From IMG/VR virus record IMGVR_UViG_3300042542_004852: a DNA stretch of 64,000 bases, one strand, 5' to 3'. This document shows positions 20,039-30,345 of the stretch, one piece after another. The notes under the pieces are model-generated. The model worked only from the letters and a program-made list of their open reading frames with translations, was not told the origin of the DNA and did not search any database. The stretch is from a virus. The stretch's first letter is position 1. Each line of letters begins with the position of its first letter. Position numbers and translations under genes: made by a program.

Positions 20039-22396
20039 TTATCCTGATATTGTGAACCCTTTAAGCACTGCTTTATATGTTTGAAGCAAGCGAAACGCTA
20101 GTGTCTGTGCTGAACCACCAGCCATAGGTCTTGACATGGTAACACTTGTATTTGGCACTATGCTAACAATGACTGAATTGTATCTAACTGTTCCAGAACC
20201 ATTGGTTGTTAATGGCAATGCTGCTCCACCCAATGTACTAGCCACTTGAAAAGTATCAGCAGCAGCATTAACTACAAAATAAATTGTATTAATTACAATA
20301 CCCGTTGTGGTGGTGATGACTGAAAAAGCTACTTCATCTCCATCGCTCAATCCATGTGCTGTAAGATTTACTAAATCACCTGCATCTGTAAAGGTTACTG
20401 CTCTTCCTGTTGTGAGGATAGTATTGGTTCCTGTGACTTGCATGCCAACAGATAATCCAGTGGTGCTAGCCATTGTGATGGTTGTAGAACCAGCAGCAGG
20501 TGTTCCAGTTAATGAGACTGGTGTTGGAGCACCCCAGGTATTTGATATAGTTAAGGTTCTTGTTGCGCCTGCAAGTGCTGTTCCTAAATTTGTAAATATT
20601 GTTTCAAGAGCATCTTTTGCAAGTTTGCATTGGCTAAAAGACATAGAAACTCTTAAATTAGTAGCATTAAAAGTAGCCAAGCTAAAGCAGCTAGTGAGTG
20701 TTGAAGTTGTGCCAGTTACCAGATTCAAATTCATAGCGGGAAATGTAGTTAAGCTATAACATGCAATAACCATGTTTGTCATATCAGTTGCAGCAATTGT
20801 ATTAAATTCAGGAATAGTCATTAAACTGACACAGCTATTAAATGTGCCGTTAAATGAAGTTACTTTAATAGTATTGAATAATGGTACGCTTCTTAAGCTA
20901 TAACATTGAGTAAACATGCTAGCAAAACTAAGAACGTTTGCTGTATTAAACAAAGGCACAGATGACAAACTATAGCAAGTATAAAACATGCTAGCCATAT
21001 TTGTCACAGCGCCAGTATTAAATAACGGAACTGTTACTAAACTGACACAAAAATTAAACATACTAGACATTCCTGTCACAGCTATGGTATTGAATAAAGG
21101 AACTGTTTTTAAACTAATGCAGTTAAAAAACATATTAGTCATATCTGTTACTTTAATAGTATTCATTAACCCAACATTGATTAACGAATAACAGGAATAA
21201 AACATACTATTCATGGTCAATACATTAGCTGCATTAAAAGCTGGAACATTTTGTAATGAGAAGCATTGATAAAACATTTGGCCCATATTTGTAACAGCAA
21301 TAGTATTGAATAATGGTACTGTTTCCAAACTATGACAGTTATAAAACATACTATTCATGGTTGTCACAGCCACTGTATTGAATAATGGTACTGATACCAA
21401 ACCAGTGCAAATCCAAAACATACTACCCATGTCTGTTACTCTAACTGTATTAAATAATGGAACTGTTCTAAGACTATAGCAAGTATAAAACATTTGACTC
21501 ATAGTAGTACAGCTACGGGTATCATATAGCGGTACACTCACCAATGAATAACATTGGTAAAACATAGTGCTCATGTTTGTCACTGCTGCTGTATTGAATA
21601 GTGGGGCTATTGATAGGCTACGACAATCATAAAACATTGATGCAGCATTAAGCAAACCTGATAAATTTGCATTAGAACTGAATCTAACATCTAATAAACT
21701 CCAACATAAAGCAAACATACCTGATGTGTTCGTCACTGCTGCTGTTACACCAACATCAACAAGCAACAAACTATACATGCTGTATAGTAAATTTGCAAAA
21801 CTGGTTAATGTGCCTGTATTGATAAAATTAATGTATCTGCAACGTCTAGGATATATAGTAGATGCACCGCTTGTTGTCCCAATTGTTAATGATGTTAGAT
21901 TGGGAGCAGAAAGATATATTTCGTGTATGGGTTGACTGTAATAGTTAAGCGCCAGCATGGAAGAGTGTCTGGTCTGAAGATTTACAGATGTTATATTTGC
22001 TCCTCCTTGTGGTGTTATAATCACCCATGCTTGCTTGAAACCATCAGATGTTAGAGTGGAATTGGTTGGATCAAATGTATTGTAGTCATAGGAGTGTTGT
22101 GCAGCAACACCTGATGAGATGTTTTCTGTTATTCCATCTCCCCAATCAACTGTGTAGTTGCCTGCGATGGTGAAGGCTAGATAATTAGATGAATTATTTG
22201 ATACAAAAACCAACAAAGCAATCTTCTGTTCTGAGCTAGAGATAACAGGCGGTGCAAGCAAATCGGTGGGACGATCTGTGCTAGTTGCAGCCGCAATGGG
22301 TTTTTTTAGATTATTAAATCTATTATACCCCATGAAAGAGGATGAGATTATTTTATCCGCAGATGTTGCTGCTTTCTGGCCATATCTAATGCTCAT
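20039..22396 (-). CDS. BspA/DUF285-like LRR solenoid tail/adhesin protein
   Basis: About 15 tandem 22-aa repeats VPLFNTxxVTxMxxMFxxCxSL, PKD-like YTVDWGDG, C-terminal HGL..GD domain. Confidence 0.8.
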   Translation of the reverse strand: MSIRYGQKAATSADKIISSSFMGYNRFNNLKKPIAAATSTDRPTDLLAPPVISSSEQKIALLVFVSNNSSNYLAFTIAGNYTVDWGDGITENISSGVAAQHSYDYNTFDPTNSTLTSDGFKQAWVIITPQGGANITSVNLQTRHSSMLALNYYSQPIHEIYLSAPNLTSLTIGTTSGASTIYPRRCRYINFINTGTLTSFANLLYSMYSLLLVDVGVTAAVTNTSGMFALCWSLLDVRFSSNANLSGLLNAASMFYDCRSLSIAPLFNTAAVTNMSTMFYQCYSLVSVPLYDTRSCTTMSQMFYTCYSLRTVPLFNTVRVTDMGSMFWICTGLVSVPLFNTVAVTTMNSMFYNCHSLETVPLFNTIAVTNMGQMFYQCFSLQNVPAFNAANVLTMNSMFYSCYSLINVGLMNTIKVTDMTNMFFNCISLKTVPLFNTIAVTGMSSMFNFCVSLVTVPLFNTGAVTNMASMFYTCYSLSSVPLFNTANVLSFASMFTQCYSLRSVPLFNTIKVTSFNGTFNSCVSLMTIPEFNTIAATDMTNMVIACYSLTTFPAMNLNLVTGTTSTLTSCFSLATFNATNLRVSMSFSQCKLAKDALETIFTNLGTALAGATRTLTISNTWGAPTPVSLTGTPAAGSTTITMASTTGLSVGMQVTGTNTILTTGRAVTFTDAGDLVNLTAHGLSDGDEVAFSVITTTTGIVINTIYFVVNAAADTFQVASTLGGAALPLTTNGSGTVRYNSVIVSIVPNTSVTMSRPMAGGSAQTLAFRLLQTYKAVLKGFTISG

Positions 22397-22398
22397 AA

Positions 22399-22764
22399 TT
22401 ATGCAGTGATTCTGTTGACGTAACCATAAACATTGATTCCACTCGCTACTGAACTCAAACCATAAACAACGCTAGCAGTTGATCCGCTTCCCTCTAAAAC
22501 AAAACCAGGAGATACTAATATAGGACCAGCGTAAGCTTGAACATTAATTGGACCAAGAATATTTGTCGCGCCAGTCAAACCCCAATACACAGTCAAAAGA
22601 GCATCTGAGGCTCCAGTGTTATTGGCATATAGCCAAATTTCATCAAGGTCAGTGGCATTGTTTTGAGTGGCATGCAATTGAACACCTGGAACTCCAGTGG
22701 AGGTCAATAAAATACCAGCGCCAATTGCTGTTTGAGATAGTGGGATTTTTGAATAAGAAGGCAT
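22399..22764 (-). CDS. Small virion structural protein
   Basis: DEIWLYANN...INVYGYVNRI beta-rich protein in the fibre operon. Confidence 0.6.
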   Translation of the reverse strand: MPSYSKIPLSQTAIGAGILLTSTGVPGVQLHATQNNATDLDEIWLYANNTGASDALLTVYWGLTGATNILGPINVQAYAGPILVSPGFVLEGSGSTASVVYGLSSVASGINVYGYVNRITA

Positions 22765-22765
22765 A

Positions 22766-25480
22766 TTATGCGAACATTGAAATTGAAATAACTAAATTAG
22801 AATCATTAACACTAATGCTGCCACTACCGCCGCCACCCGTTCCAGCATTATCAGCGAAAGAACCAGTAACAGTTGAGCCGCCTCTCTGGAATAGAGTTAT
22901 AACTTTTGTAGTGTCACCAGTAATTGTCATGCCAGTGATGGCATCATTAAAACCAGTAATAGCATAGCCACTGATTGATTGGCCGTTACTCAAACCGTAA
23001 TAGCGGCCATCTGCCGCGCCCGTGGTCAGGAACGCGCCCGTGAGCGCGGAAGCGGCAAACGCTCCAGTTTGTGAGACTGTAATAAACGAACCAGTATTTG
23101 CAGCCAAAGCATAAGCTGAAATTCCTGATACATCTCCAGTATTAATTTGACGAGCAAACCAAGAACCGCTGCCCGAATCATACATCAGAGTATCATTAGT
23201 GCTTGCATTCTGAGCGTAAACTCGATGCAGTTCTTCAATTTCAAAACCATTTTGAGGTTTAACATAAACTTTACCGTTGTTTGATTGAGAACGTAAAACA
23301 ACACCTAAATAAACAAGATGATTGTTACCATAAGGTTTGTTGCCAGTGCCAAAAAGAATATCTCCAGTTGTACCAAGCCACATTGGATCGCCAGCCGCAG
23401 CAGCGCTCGTATTAAATCCCTCTAAGATTCCTTCTGATATAATATAGCCAAAGTCATTAGAGTTTAGGTTTTGAGCTAAAAGGCCAATGGTTTGCGAAGA
23501 GGTTCGTTCTCCAGTATTTGACGCTCTTTTAATTAATGGGTTTGCTCCATTGGCTCCGCCAATATAAACTGGTTGACCCTTGTTTAAAGTAAAAGGTTCG
23601 TCGTTTTTACCATACAAATGAATTGTATCAACAGCATCGCCGCTTATTAAAACTCCTGTAGTGTTAACAGTTGGCCTAGATATAAAATTTTTTATCCCAG
23701 AAATCGTTTCATTACCCGTTAAAGAAACATAACTGCCAGTTGAACTAGAACCTGAAAAGTTACTTATTTGATACTGTAAGTATCCGCTTACTCCAGTAAC
23801 ATAACTTGTTGTTGCATAACTGCTGAGATCAACTCCTGTTATAAATCCAGATGGATTACTATTTGGATAAAATGCTCCAGTTTGAGAAGCTGTAATGAAA
23901 GAACCAGTTTGCCCAGTAGTAATAAAAATACCTGTTTCACTTGGTCGCACAACAGAACCTGTAACAAATTGTCCAGTTTGTCCAGTGGTAACAAAAGCCC
24001 CAGTAGCAGATTGAAGAGCATAACGACTATCTGCTGCGCCTGTGGTCAAAAACGCTCCTGTTTGAGATGAAACAACAAAAGAGCCTGTTGTTCCTGTGCT
24101 AACAAATTGTCCCGTTTGAGAAGAAGTGATAAAATTACCAGTCTCACTTGGTCTAACTACGCTACCCGTAACAAAAGAACCAGTTGCTCCAGTAGAAACA
24201 AACTGTCCTGTTTGACTCGACGTAATAAAATTACCAGTTGCGCCAGTTGTTACAAACGCTCCTGTTTCACTTGGGCGAACCACTGAGCCAGTTACAAAGG
24301 AACCAGTAGCTCCAGTGCTGACAAACTGCCCTGTTTGAGAAGAGGTGATAAAAGAGCCTGTTTCGCTAGGACGAACAACAGAACCAGTGACAAAATTACC
24401 TGTTGAACCAGTAGAAACAAACTGTCCTGTTTGAGATGTTGTAATGAAATTACCAGTTTCACTTGGCCTCACAACACTGCCCGTAACAAATGAACCAGTT
24501 GAACCTGTTGATACAAATTGGCCTGTTTGAGATGAGGTGATAAAAACCCCAGTTTGACCAGTTGTTACAAATGCTCCTGTTTCGCTTGGACGTACTACAG
24601 AACCAGTCACAAAAGAGCCAGTTGATCCCGTTCCAACAAACTGCCCAGTTTGAGAAGTTGTGATGAAAGAACCAGTTTGCCCAGTTGTTACGAAAACCCC
24701 CGTAGCTGACTGCAAAGCATAACGGCCATCAGCAGCGCCAGTAGTAAGAAATGCGCCAGTCTGAGATGAGACAACAAAAGTTCCTGTTTGTCCAGTCGTT
24801 ACAAACTGTCCAGTTTGGGAGGCTGTAATGAAATTACCAGTCTGTCCAGTGGTTACAAAAACTCCTGTTGAAGACTTTGTAACATAATTGGTTAAATCAA
24901 CTCCAGTAATATAACCACTAGGATTAGAATTTAAAGGATAAAAAACTCCAGTTAATGATCCTGTTTGAGAAGTTGTAATAAAACTTCCAGTTTCGCTTGG
25001 GCGCACTACCAAACCTGTTACAAAAGAACCTGTAGAGCCTGTCGAAACAAATTGACCAGTTTGAGAGTTAGTGATAGCTTCACCACTCAATAAAACTCCA
25101 GTGCCACTAATTGTTGGACGAACTAAAAAATTCTTTAATGAATTAATCGTTTGGCTGCTACCAGTATCCAAAAACGCACCAGTATTGGAGGGGCGAACAA
25201 CAGCGCCTTGCACATACCCATTGGGATTGGATGAATAAGGATAAAAAACTCCAGTATAAAAACCCGTCTGACCTGTTCCAACAAACTGTCCAGTTTCGCT
25301 TGGGCGAACTACTGAACCAGTTACATAATACGCAGAGAGCGAATCGCTTCCTCCTGGAGCATGAGTTTCGGCATGCTTTGGAAAACCCTCACTGATTGTT
25401 AAATCAATCTCATTTGGAGGCTGTAAATTTAAATCAAATTGTGCTGGAGGATTAATTGTGACTGAAATATCAGTAGCCAT
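22766..25480 (-). CDS. Long tail-fibre-like protein with 8-aa Thr/Gly repeats
   Basis: Dozens of FVTTGQTG/VVRPSETG units, HAETHAPGGSD, GNETISGIKNF. Confidence 0.75.
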   Translation of the reverse strand: MATDISVTINPPAQFDLNLQPPNEIDLTISEGFPKHAETHAPGGSDSLSAYYVTGSVVRPSETGQFVGTGQTGFYTGVFYPYSSNPNGYVQGAVVRPSNTGAFLDTGSSQTINSLKNFLVRPTISGTGVLLSGEAITNSQTGQFVSTGSTGSFVTGLVVRPSETGSFITTSQTGSLTGVFYPLNSNPSGYITGVDLTNYVTKSSTGVFVTTGQTGNFITASQTGQFVTTGQTGTFVVSSQTGAFLTTGAADGRYALQSATGVFVTTGQTGSFITTSQTGQFVGTGSTGSFVTGSVVRPSETGAFVTTGQTGVFITSSQTGQFVSTGSTGSFVTGSVVRPSETGNFITTSQTGQFVSTGSTGNFVTGSVVRPSETGSFITSSQTGQFVSTGATGSFVTGSVVRPSETGAFVTTGATGNFITSSQTGQFVSTGATGSFVTGSVVRPSETGNFITSSQTGQFVSTGTTGSFVVSSQTGAFLTTGAADSRYALQSATGAFVTTGQTGQFVTGSVVRPSETGIFITTGQTGSFITASQTGAFYPNSNPSGFITGVDLSSYATTSYVTGVSGYLQYQISNFSGSSSTGSYVSLTGNETISGIKNFISRPTVNTTGVLISGDAVDTIHLYGKNDEPFTLNKGQPVYIGGANGANPLIKRASNTGERTSSQTIGLLAQNLNSNDFGYIISEGILEGFNTSAAAAGDPMWLGTTGDILFGTGNKPYGNNHLVYLGVVLRSQSNNGKVYVKPQNGFEIEELHRVYAQNASTNDTLMYDSGSGSWFARQINTGDVSGISAYALAANTGSFITVSQTGAFAASALTGAFLTTGAADGRYYGLSNGQSISGYAITGFNDAITGMTITGDTTKVITLFQRGGSTVTGSFADNAGTGGGGSGSISVNDSNLVISISMFA
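23860..25330 (-). repeat. Coding tandem repeat (24-nt unit, higher-order 96-nt unit)
   Basis: Repeated FVTGSVVRPSETGxFITxSQTGQFVSTGxTGS; synonymous codons differ between copies. Confidence 0.85.
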
Positions 25481-25827
25481 TATTCAAGCCCCCTTCCTTG
25501 AACATCTACATCGCCCTTGATAATTCTAACTGGGCAACCGCTGCTAGGTGGGTAAATAAAAATTTCTTGCTCGTAAGCATCATAAGACAATTGAGATGTT
25601 TGACTGCCATTTAATTCTAAATTAATAATGCCAGAGCCTGTGCTTAGAATTGTTGCTGTCCAATTTGGGCCAAAAGAACCGTCCCATTTTCTTCGCAAAT
25701 ATCCAGATACGCTGTAGCCAGAAAGAGAGTATTCTCCTGTTGAAGTGCTTAAATCAACAGAATAAGAATAGCATGCGCCCCTCTCTAGTGCATTTGAACC
25801 AGTTAAATTATATGTGCCTGCTGCCAT
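25480..25827 (-). CDS. BppU-N-like baseplate/fibre attachment protein
   Basis: GIINLELNGSQTSQL...Y..EI...RIIKGDV pattern. Confidence 0.6.
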   Translation of the reverse strand: MAAGTYNLTGSNALERGACYSYSVDLSTSTGEYSLSGYSVSGYLRRKWDGSFGPNWTATILSTGSGIINLELNGSQTSQLSYDAYEQEIFIYPPSSGCPVRIIKGDVDVQGRGLE

Positions 25828-25842
25828 ATATAGAATTACACT

Positions 25843-26058
25843 TTAAATAGAAGAGTTTTTTACTTCAACAGCAGAAATTTGCCCATCTCCTGAATAAAAA
25901 TAATAATTTGAGCCTTCTTCTTTGGAAGGAATACATAATTCTGAATCTGAATAATTTCCTCCAGAAAATAAAAAATTATAAATCTCCCCGTCTTCTGATT
26001 TTAAGACTTCAGAAGATGATGAAATTTCAACGATTGGATAATTAAAGTTAGTTGTCAT
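25843..26058 (-). CDS. Hypothetical protein
   Basis: Start at MTTNF (26058) abuts the upstream stop. Confidence 0.5.
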   Translation of the reverse strand: MTTNFNYPIVEISSSSEVLKSEDGEIYNFLFSGGNYSDSELCIPSKEEGSNYYFYSGDGQISAVEVKNSSI

Positions 26059-26059
26059 G

Positions 26060-28054
26060 TTATGGGAAATAAACCATTTGCGGAGAGCCGCTAAAAGAAG
26101 AAGCTCCACTAAATGCAGCGACATTATACCAGTAATAATTTCCTCCACCTAATATGCCATAATCTTCATAAGTGTTAGCTGAACCACTAAAAATTTCATA
26201 ATAATCAACGCTATCTTCAGAGCGATAAACAGAATATGAAACAGCATTAGTGGCTGAAGTCCAATTAATATCGCCAAATCCACCGCCATCAACGGCTGTA
26301 AAAGTAAACGATCCAAGCGAGTTTGGGCATTCGCTTACAGAACCATAACCATCAGTATAATAATACGTTGTGCCATCATATACAAAGTATCCAGTATAGG
26401 GCACTGTCGCATTTATATCAGAATAAGCAAAATCACTAACGTTAAAAGTACTAACGAATGTATAAACTGTCGCAGCGCTAGCGGCGCAATTTGTTCCCAC
26501 ATGAGAATAAATTGGTGATGGCTCTGGCGGTGGCGGTGATGGCGGTGGTGCTGGTGGTGGTACTGGCGGGGGAGGAGGAGGTGGCGGCGCTGGCGGTGGC
26601 GGTGGCGGTTGTGTTGTAGTCGTTGTTGTTGATGGACTCGCTTCTGGAGAATCGCAATAGTTTATAAAATCTGCTGTATTATCCCTTGTTAAAAGAAGCA
26701 AGCCATCACTTGATAATCCTGGACTTGCGCAGATAGAAGGAATGATTCGAGTAGCGCTTGCGTCATTAAAATAAAGATAATTGTCAAGATCAATGCCAGA
26801 ACCATCAATTGACTGCAATTTCAAACCCTCATAAGTGAACAACTGCGCACCTTCTTTTTCTGATCTTTGGCCCCACTTCATCAGCAAACCATTCTGCTCA
26901 TTGCAGGTAAAAGAAAAACCAAACTCAACAGTAAGATTAGAGGCGTAGTCAATGCTGTGACTATGAGATTCTAGCTTGGCATTGTCGATTTTTAAATATT
27001 TATTATTTGTTAAAAAGCCTTTGTAGTTTTGATCAGCATAACCAGAAAGAGTCCCAATGGATTGGTTAATATATTTTAACTCATTAGGGTCGATAAATTG
27101 AAGCTCAAGAGAGTATGATGGCTCATTGCTCATGGCTCCAGTAAGAATCGGCACTCCAGAATTGAGCGCCAAAGCTGTTGCAGAAATATTTAAATTGCCA
27201 ACAATTGGGAACTTAATTTTTTTATCATAAATGAAATCGCTGCCAAAACCATAGCTTGCTTCACGCTCAATTCCAATCGAAAAACCAATCGAGGAAATTG
27301 CCGCATCTGCCCAAGGAGAGATTTTAATTGATGGAACTTGCGGATTTTCTGTGACTATATTAAATGCTGTTGTTTGATATGTTGGCAAAATTGGTTGGCC
27401 AGTAACCGAAGTATTTAAGGCATTAAGGTTAGTAATAAACTCAGAATTATCAATGCTCAATTGAGCCGCTCCATCTTTATTGCCAACAGCAAGGTTAATA
27501 GCTGGAATGTTAACGAGATTCGAGGAAACCACTTGCATTTCCATGTTTACCGCTTCCATCTGAATTGAAGTTTTTGGAAGACTCGCTGCTGCAATTGCTA
27601 AGTTATAGTTGCTTAGAGTGCAGTTGCCAAAAGAAATCATTTCCAAACCATTTAAGTTGCCACGATCCTTAATTTGTTGGATTAAATCAAGTCCAAAAAG
27701 ATCACTCAGGATAAAATAAAGATTGCATGATTGACCGTTGCTTCCTTTAAAGATGGATTGGAAATCCCCCCATCCTTTAAAAAACATTCCGAGCAAGTTT
27801 TCGTTATCGAACGTGAGTGAGGAAATATAATCGAAAGAAAGAGAAACGGTTGGCGAAAAAGCCAAGCTCTCAACTGAGAATTCTTGACCTCCAATTTGTT
27901 TTGAACGAATGCGATTGCCTTGAACGTCAAACGCAAGATTATCAACAAAAGCAATTGGAAATAAACCTCTTTTATATGGCGCAAAATCTTCCACTGCTTG
28001 AAAAGCAGGACTTAAATCAGAAGCTAAGATGATTGAATTGCTTTTAATAATCAT
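26060..28054 (-). CDS. Tail-tube-like protein with poly-Thr/Pro linker and FN3-like C-terminal domain
   Basis: N-terminal part resembles 43548-44714; TTTTTTQPPPPPP linker; W.SATNAVSYSVYRS...YYWYNVAA. Confidence 0.65.
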   Translation of the reverse strand: MIIKSNSIILASDLSPAFQAVEDFAPYKRGLFPIAFVDNLAFDVQGNRIRSKQIGGQEFSVESLAFSPTVSLSFDYISSLTFDNENLLGMFFKGWGDFQSIFKGSNGQSCNLYFILSDLFGLDLIQQIKDRGNLNGLEMISFGNCTLSNYNLAIAAASLPKTSIQMEAVNMEMQVVSSNLVNIPAINLAVGNKDGAAQLSIDNSEFITNLNALNTSVTGQPILPTYQTTAFNIVTENPQVPSIKISPWADAAISSIGFSIGIEREASYGFGSDFIYDKKIKFPIVGNLNISATALALNSGVPILTGAMSNEPSYSLELQFIDPNELKYINQSIGTLSGYADQNYKGFLTNNKYLKIDNAKLESHSHSIDYASNLTVEFGFSFTCNEQNGLLMKWGQRSEKEGAQLFTYEGLKLQSIDGSGIDLDNYLYFNDASATRIIPSICASPGLSSDGLLLLTRDNTADFINYCDSPEASPSTTTTTTQPPPPPPAPPPPPPPPVPPPAPPPSPPPPEPSPIYSHVGTNCAASAATVYTFVSTFNVSDFAYSDINATVPYTGYFVYDGTTYYYTDGYGSVSECPNSLGSFTFTAVDGGGFGDINWTSATNAVSYSVYRSEDSVDYYEIFSGSANTYEDYGILGGGNYYWYNVAAFSGASSFSGSPQMVYFP

Positions 28055-30345
28055 GACATAAATATTCCAAATCGAGCATTAAATGGTCTGTGAAAACCAG
28101 AGTTTAAATTAAAAGAGGCATTATTAGAGAACACTAAGACCTCACCTAAATTTCCAATAAAATGTTTTGGCGATGCAGTTTCAGTTGCTCCCACAGATAG
28201 TTTAATGGCGCTTAAATTACTAACAGAAATTGTTCCAGTATTAGCGGTTCTGCCGTTAACATAACCAGTAAAATGTGTTGAATTACGAATAAAACCAATG
28301 GAATAATATTGATCAGTGTTGATACTGCCAGTTATAACATTAACATTGGCACCATCTCTAAATGTTACTGTTCCTCCGCTGTAAAACAAACCATAATCTT
28401 TTGATTGTGAAAAATTAATTAAGCACTGATCGCCAGTATTATTAAACTTTGCCAAAACAAAAGCTGATAAATAATCTCCAGAATTATTAATTCCACTTCC
28501 AGTCATGACAGACTGATTAAACCGATAAGTTGGTCTTGCAGCTATTTCGTTGTTTTGTTTTTCAACCCAAGTAGAAATAAATGGAGAATTATTTTGTAAA
28601 ACTTTATACTCTCCCAAAGAAGAATTCCAACTTCCGCTGAGTTTTATTCCATCTAGTCCATCAAAAGAATTGCTCAACCAGATGGGAAACACGCTAGAAT
28701 TTACATATCCAGTTGGAACAATTGGAAGAGTTAAATTTTTATAAAGCTGTGTCCAATTGCGATAATCTATTGATGCAACATATAAATAATCCAATCCAGA
28801 CTGAGGAATAGGATTTAACAAGGTAAAGTTAAGATCGCTGTTAATAGTTAAAACTCCAGATTGTCCAGAGCCATAAGCCAATGCTTTTAAAGCTTGAGTA
28901 AAATCAGTTTGGAAAATACGATTTGAATTCAAATTTAAACCAGTTAAAGCAAAACAGTTATCAATATTAATATTTCTAAGAGCATTTCCTGACAAATTAA
29001 TATTTTTAATTCCAGTCACTCCACTGCAATTAAAATTAGTCAATAAATTGGAACTCACATCAATATTTGAAATATTCTTAGCATTATTAAAGTTAATTTC
29101 CGTAATGTAGTTATCAGAAAAATCAATTTGTTCTATATTGGCTTTAGGATTAAAAGAAACATTTGAAAGATTTTGATATTTGCAATTTAAATACTCAATT
29201 GGTCGATAGATTTTTGTATCTCTTAGCGGCCAGTTTCCCCAATTGATATTGATGTTTTGGCCAGTTGACGAAAGTTTTTCGCCAGAGGTATCAACGACAC
29301 ATATTTCATCTGATGGCGTTAGCTGCATAGACAAACTATCAGAAACTGTAGATTGGCCCAAAATTAAACTAGGAGAATCTGTGAGTTTTTTTAATCCCAG
29401 TGGGTCTTCAACCAAGGTAACTCTTAAATTATTTGAATCTTGATAATTCCAAGAATGCGACCAGTCTTCAGCATAAAAGATTTTTGGTCTGTTATAGATT
29501 TTGGGCAAATTAAAAATAAATTTTCTATAGCCAAGTTTATTTTCCAAGAAATGCAACATTGACTTGAGTTTAAAATCAGAAATATTTTTATATTCTAAAG
29601 TTAATGATTGAATAGCATGGATATTTTGATTATCCTTGATTCTTTGAGAGAAGGAATTTTTAAATTCGTTTTTAGTATTTTTAGGCTGCGTTTCAACAGA
29701 CATGCCCAAATCATTTTCGTAAAAAAATTCTTGCGTCCAATAGTCTGAATTAATTGGAGAAGCTTCTAAAGAACTAACGTGATCTTCTTTGCAATAAAAA
29801 AAATTATCAAAAAAATTATCTGCCTGCAATGAAAAATATATTGGCTGATATTTTTGGTAAAATTGTCCAGTTTTCCAGCTAATGAAATCATAATTAACAA
29901 AAGACATTCCGCTCCAGTTTAAGAAAGACGAATTCCTCTCAACAGAAAATTTCAAATTAATACTGTACAAATTATTGTTTAGCATTTGAACGCCAAACGA
30001 ATCTACGAAACCAGTTAGACTTCTATATATCTGAGAAACATCATTAACGGCAAAAGCTCCAGTGCCACTTTGGCTTTCAAAAAAGTTGATTATTTTTTGA
30101 GCATCATTTTCATTAACATTAAAATTCAAATTACAATCGGCAACAATGTTGTTTAAAGTTATAGGAATTGAGGTATATGTATTATTGTTATACATATACT
30201 TATTTTTCTTACATAAAAAATTAATTGTTGAACCGTAACTTGGACTGAAATCAAAAGAATTTAAATTAGCAATACCCGACAGATTTCTATCTCGATTGTA
30301 GAAATATTGCGAATTAATTTGATAACCATTGTAAGCTGTTGACAT
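28051..30345 (-). CDS. Minor tail protein (tail-tip domains + LRR + LamG-like)
   Basis: Duplicated gpM-like units (FFESQSG / FLENKLG), LRR segment, GYVNG...FIGNLGEVLVF. Confidence 0.65.
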   Translation of the reverse strand: MSTAYNGYQINSQYFYNRDRNLSGIANLNSFDFSPSYGSTINFLCKKNKYMYNNNTYTSIPITLNNIVADCNLNFNVNENDAQKIINFFESQSGTGAFAVNDVSQIYRSLTGFVDSFGVQMLNNNLYSINLKFSVERNSSFLNWSGMSFVNYDFISWKTGQFYQKYQPIYFSLQADNFFDNFFYCKEDHVSSLEASPINSDYWTQEFFYENDLGMSVETQPKNTKNEFKNSFSQRIKDNQNIHAIQSLTLEYKNISDFKLKSMLHFLENKLGYRKFIFNLPKIYNRPKIFYAEDWSHSWNYQDSNNLRVTLVEDPLGLKKLTDSPSLILGQSTVSDSLSMQLTPSDEICVVDTSGEKLSSTGQNININWGNWPLRDTKIYRPIEYLNCKYQNLSNVSFNPKANIEQIDFSDNYITEINFNNAKNISNIDVSSNLLTNFNCSGVTGIKNINLSGNALRNINIDNCFALTGLNLNSNRIFQTDFTQALKALAYGSGQSGVLTINSDLNFTLLNPIPQSGLDYLYVASIDYRNWTQLYKNLTLPIVPTGYVNSSVFPIWLSNSFDGLDGIKLSGSWNSSLGEYKVLQNNSPFISTWVEKQNNEIAARPTYRFNQSVMTGSGINNSGDYLSAFVLAKFNNTGDQCLINFSQSKDYGLFYSGGTVTFRDGANVNVITGSINTDQYYSIGFIRNSTHFTGYVNGRTANTGTISVSNLSAIKLSVGATETASPKHFIGNLGEVLVFSNNASFNLNSGFHRPFNARFGIFMS

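Noticed and set aside
20039-22396. Diversity-generating retroelement target
   Set aside because: No reverse transcriptase or template/variable repeat pair with adenine-specific differences is visible in the window.
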